From an uncultured Gammaproteobacteria bacterium (GTDB taxonomy: Bacteria > Myxococcota_A > UBA796 > JAJRTE01), in contig CAYQMG010000089.1 of assembly GCA_964418585.1 (NCBI GenBank), positions 95,185 through 159,184 of the forward strand: DNA of 64,000 bases, written 5' to 3'. Positions 63,218 through 64,000 of this stretch are shown here, piece by piece. Each line of letters begins with the position of its first letter. The first letter of the stretch is position 1. The translations under genes and the position numbers were made by a program. Below the pieces are notes generated by a model, which worked only from the letters and a program-made list of their open reading frames with translations, searched no databases and was not told where the DNA came from.

Positions 63218-64000
63218 CTACCACACCGCGCCCAGTTCCTGTTCCAGGAACGCCAGGGTGGAAGGTCGGGCCAGAACCCGGTAGGCAAGTTGCCCGAGAG
63301 CTTCCTGCAACTCGACGGGCGGGTCCGTCGCGAGCCCGAAGGCCATCAGCACCTCACGGATTTCTCGATCCGCCCACTGGGCATACACGGCCCGCACTAC
63401 CCGTTCGATCCGTTCCCTGTGTCCTTCCTCGCGCACCTGGTGAGCCGCCACGTGGCCTGCCAACGTGAGTTGCCGACGCACCTGGTCTGGAGAAGGGGGC
63501 GGTAGGAGTGAGGAGAGGGGGGCGTCCAGCAGCACGCGAAGGACGTGGAGTCGTGCTTCCTTGGCCAGGCGGGCTTGCTCCTCCCCCTCGAACAGAACCT
63601 CGCTGAGCGTCTGAACGGAGCGGTTCATGAATCCGGAAAGGAAGGGCTGCAACTGCTCCTCAAGCTGCTTGTAAAGTCCGCCACCCACGCCCTCGACCAG
63701 CGACTTCCCCGCACGGGCCGCGCGCTCGGCCCGGTGGGCCAGGCCGCGCCCAATGGTGCCCAGCACTCGCCCTCCCGGAACCTTCCGCGCTCCAAGGTTC
63801 GGACGCAGCCCTTGCAGAAACTGCTGGATTCCCCGCTGCACGAGATTCTTCAAGGCCTGCCGCACATAGGGCTGGTCCATCATCTGCTCGATCAGCTTCC
63901 GGTTCGGCCGGCCGCCCTGGGTCACATGGGTCTCCAGGTGCGCCACGGCGTCCGGACCGAGCAGGTCCCGCAGCTTCAATCCCGACGTGCGGAGTCCCTC
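63218..64000 (-). CDS. Hypothetical protein (N-terminus beyond window edge)
   Basis: Reading frame open from 63218 to the window end with no in-frame stop upstream of the track start at 63979; no recognisable motifs. Confidence 0.35.
   Translation of the reverse strand, partial: EGLRTSGLKLRDLLGPDAVAHLETHVTQGGRPNRKLIEQMMDQPYVRQALKNLVQRGIQQFLQGLRPNLGARKVPGGRVLGTIGRGLAHRAERAARAGKSLVEGVGGGLYKQLEEQLQPFLSGFMNRSVQTLSEVLFEGEEQARLAKEARLHVLRVLLDAPLSSLLPPPSPDQVRRQLTLAGHVAAHQVREEGHRERIERVVRAVYAQWADREIREVLMAFGLATDPPVELQEALGQLAYRVLARPSTLAFLEQELGAVW

Overview
High-GC (~68%) bacterial chromosomal window, probably Myxococcota-like (Cys-rich 'CNGxDDDCDG' repeat lipoprotein, Ser/Thr kinases fused to FGE-sulfatase-like domains). 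Most of it is housekeeping and envelope genes: accD-folC-lptD, ldcA, dnaE, an RND efflux operon with its regulator, aldehyde dehydrogenase, thioredoxin, a GT2 glycosyltransferase, and a heat-shock neighbourhood (two hsp20, rpoH, clpB) with three paralogous small KH-domain proteins. The stand-out is a two-gene operon on the minus strand (about 26.2-36.2 kb): a ~1190-aa protein with no recognisable motifs followed by a ~2124-aa DExH helicase carrying Zn-ribbon insertions and a DUF1998-like module. That architecture matches what I recall of Druantia type III (DruH + DruE) antiphage systems, but I could not run profile searches, so the call is provisional. Other points worth a second look are an in-frame beta-lactamase-fold hydrolase fused to AccD, a G-tract repeat region, and a perfect AT-rich palindrome upstream of a MORN-repeat gene. 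No tRNA, rRNA, CRISPR array, integrase or transposase was found. Many long track ORFs are antisense or N-terminally over-extended artefacts of high GC; starts were re-set by homology and RBS inspection and are approximate.
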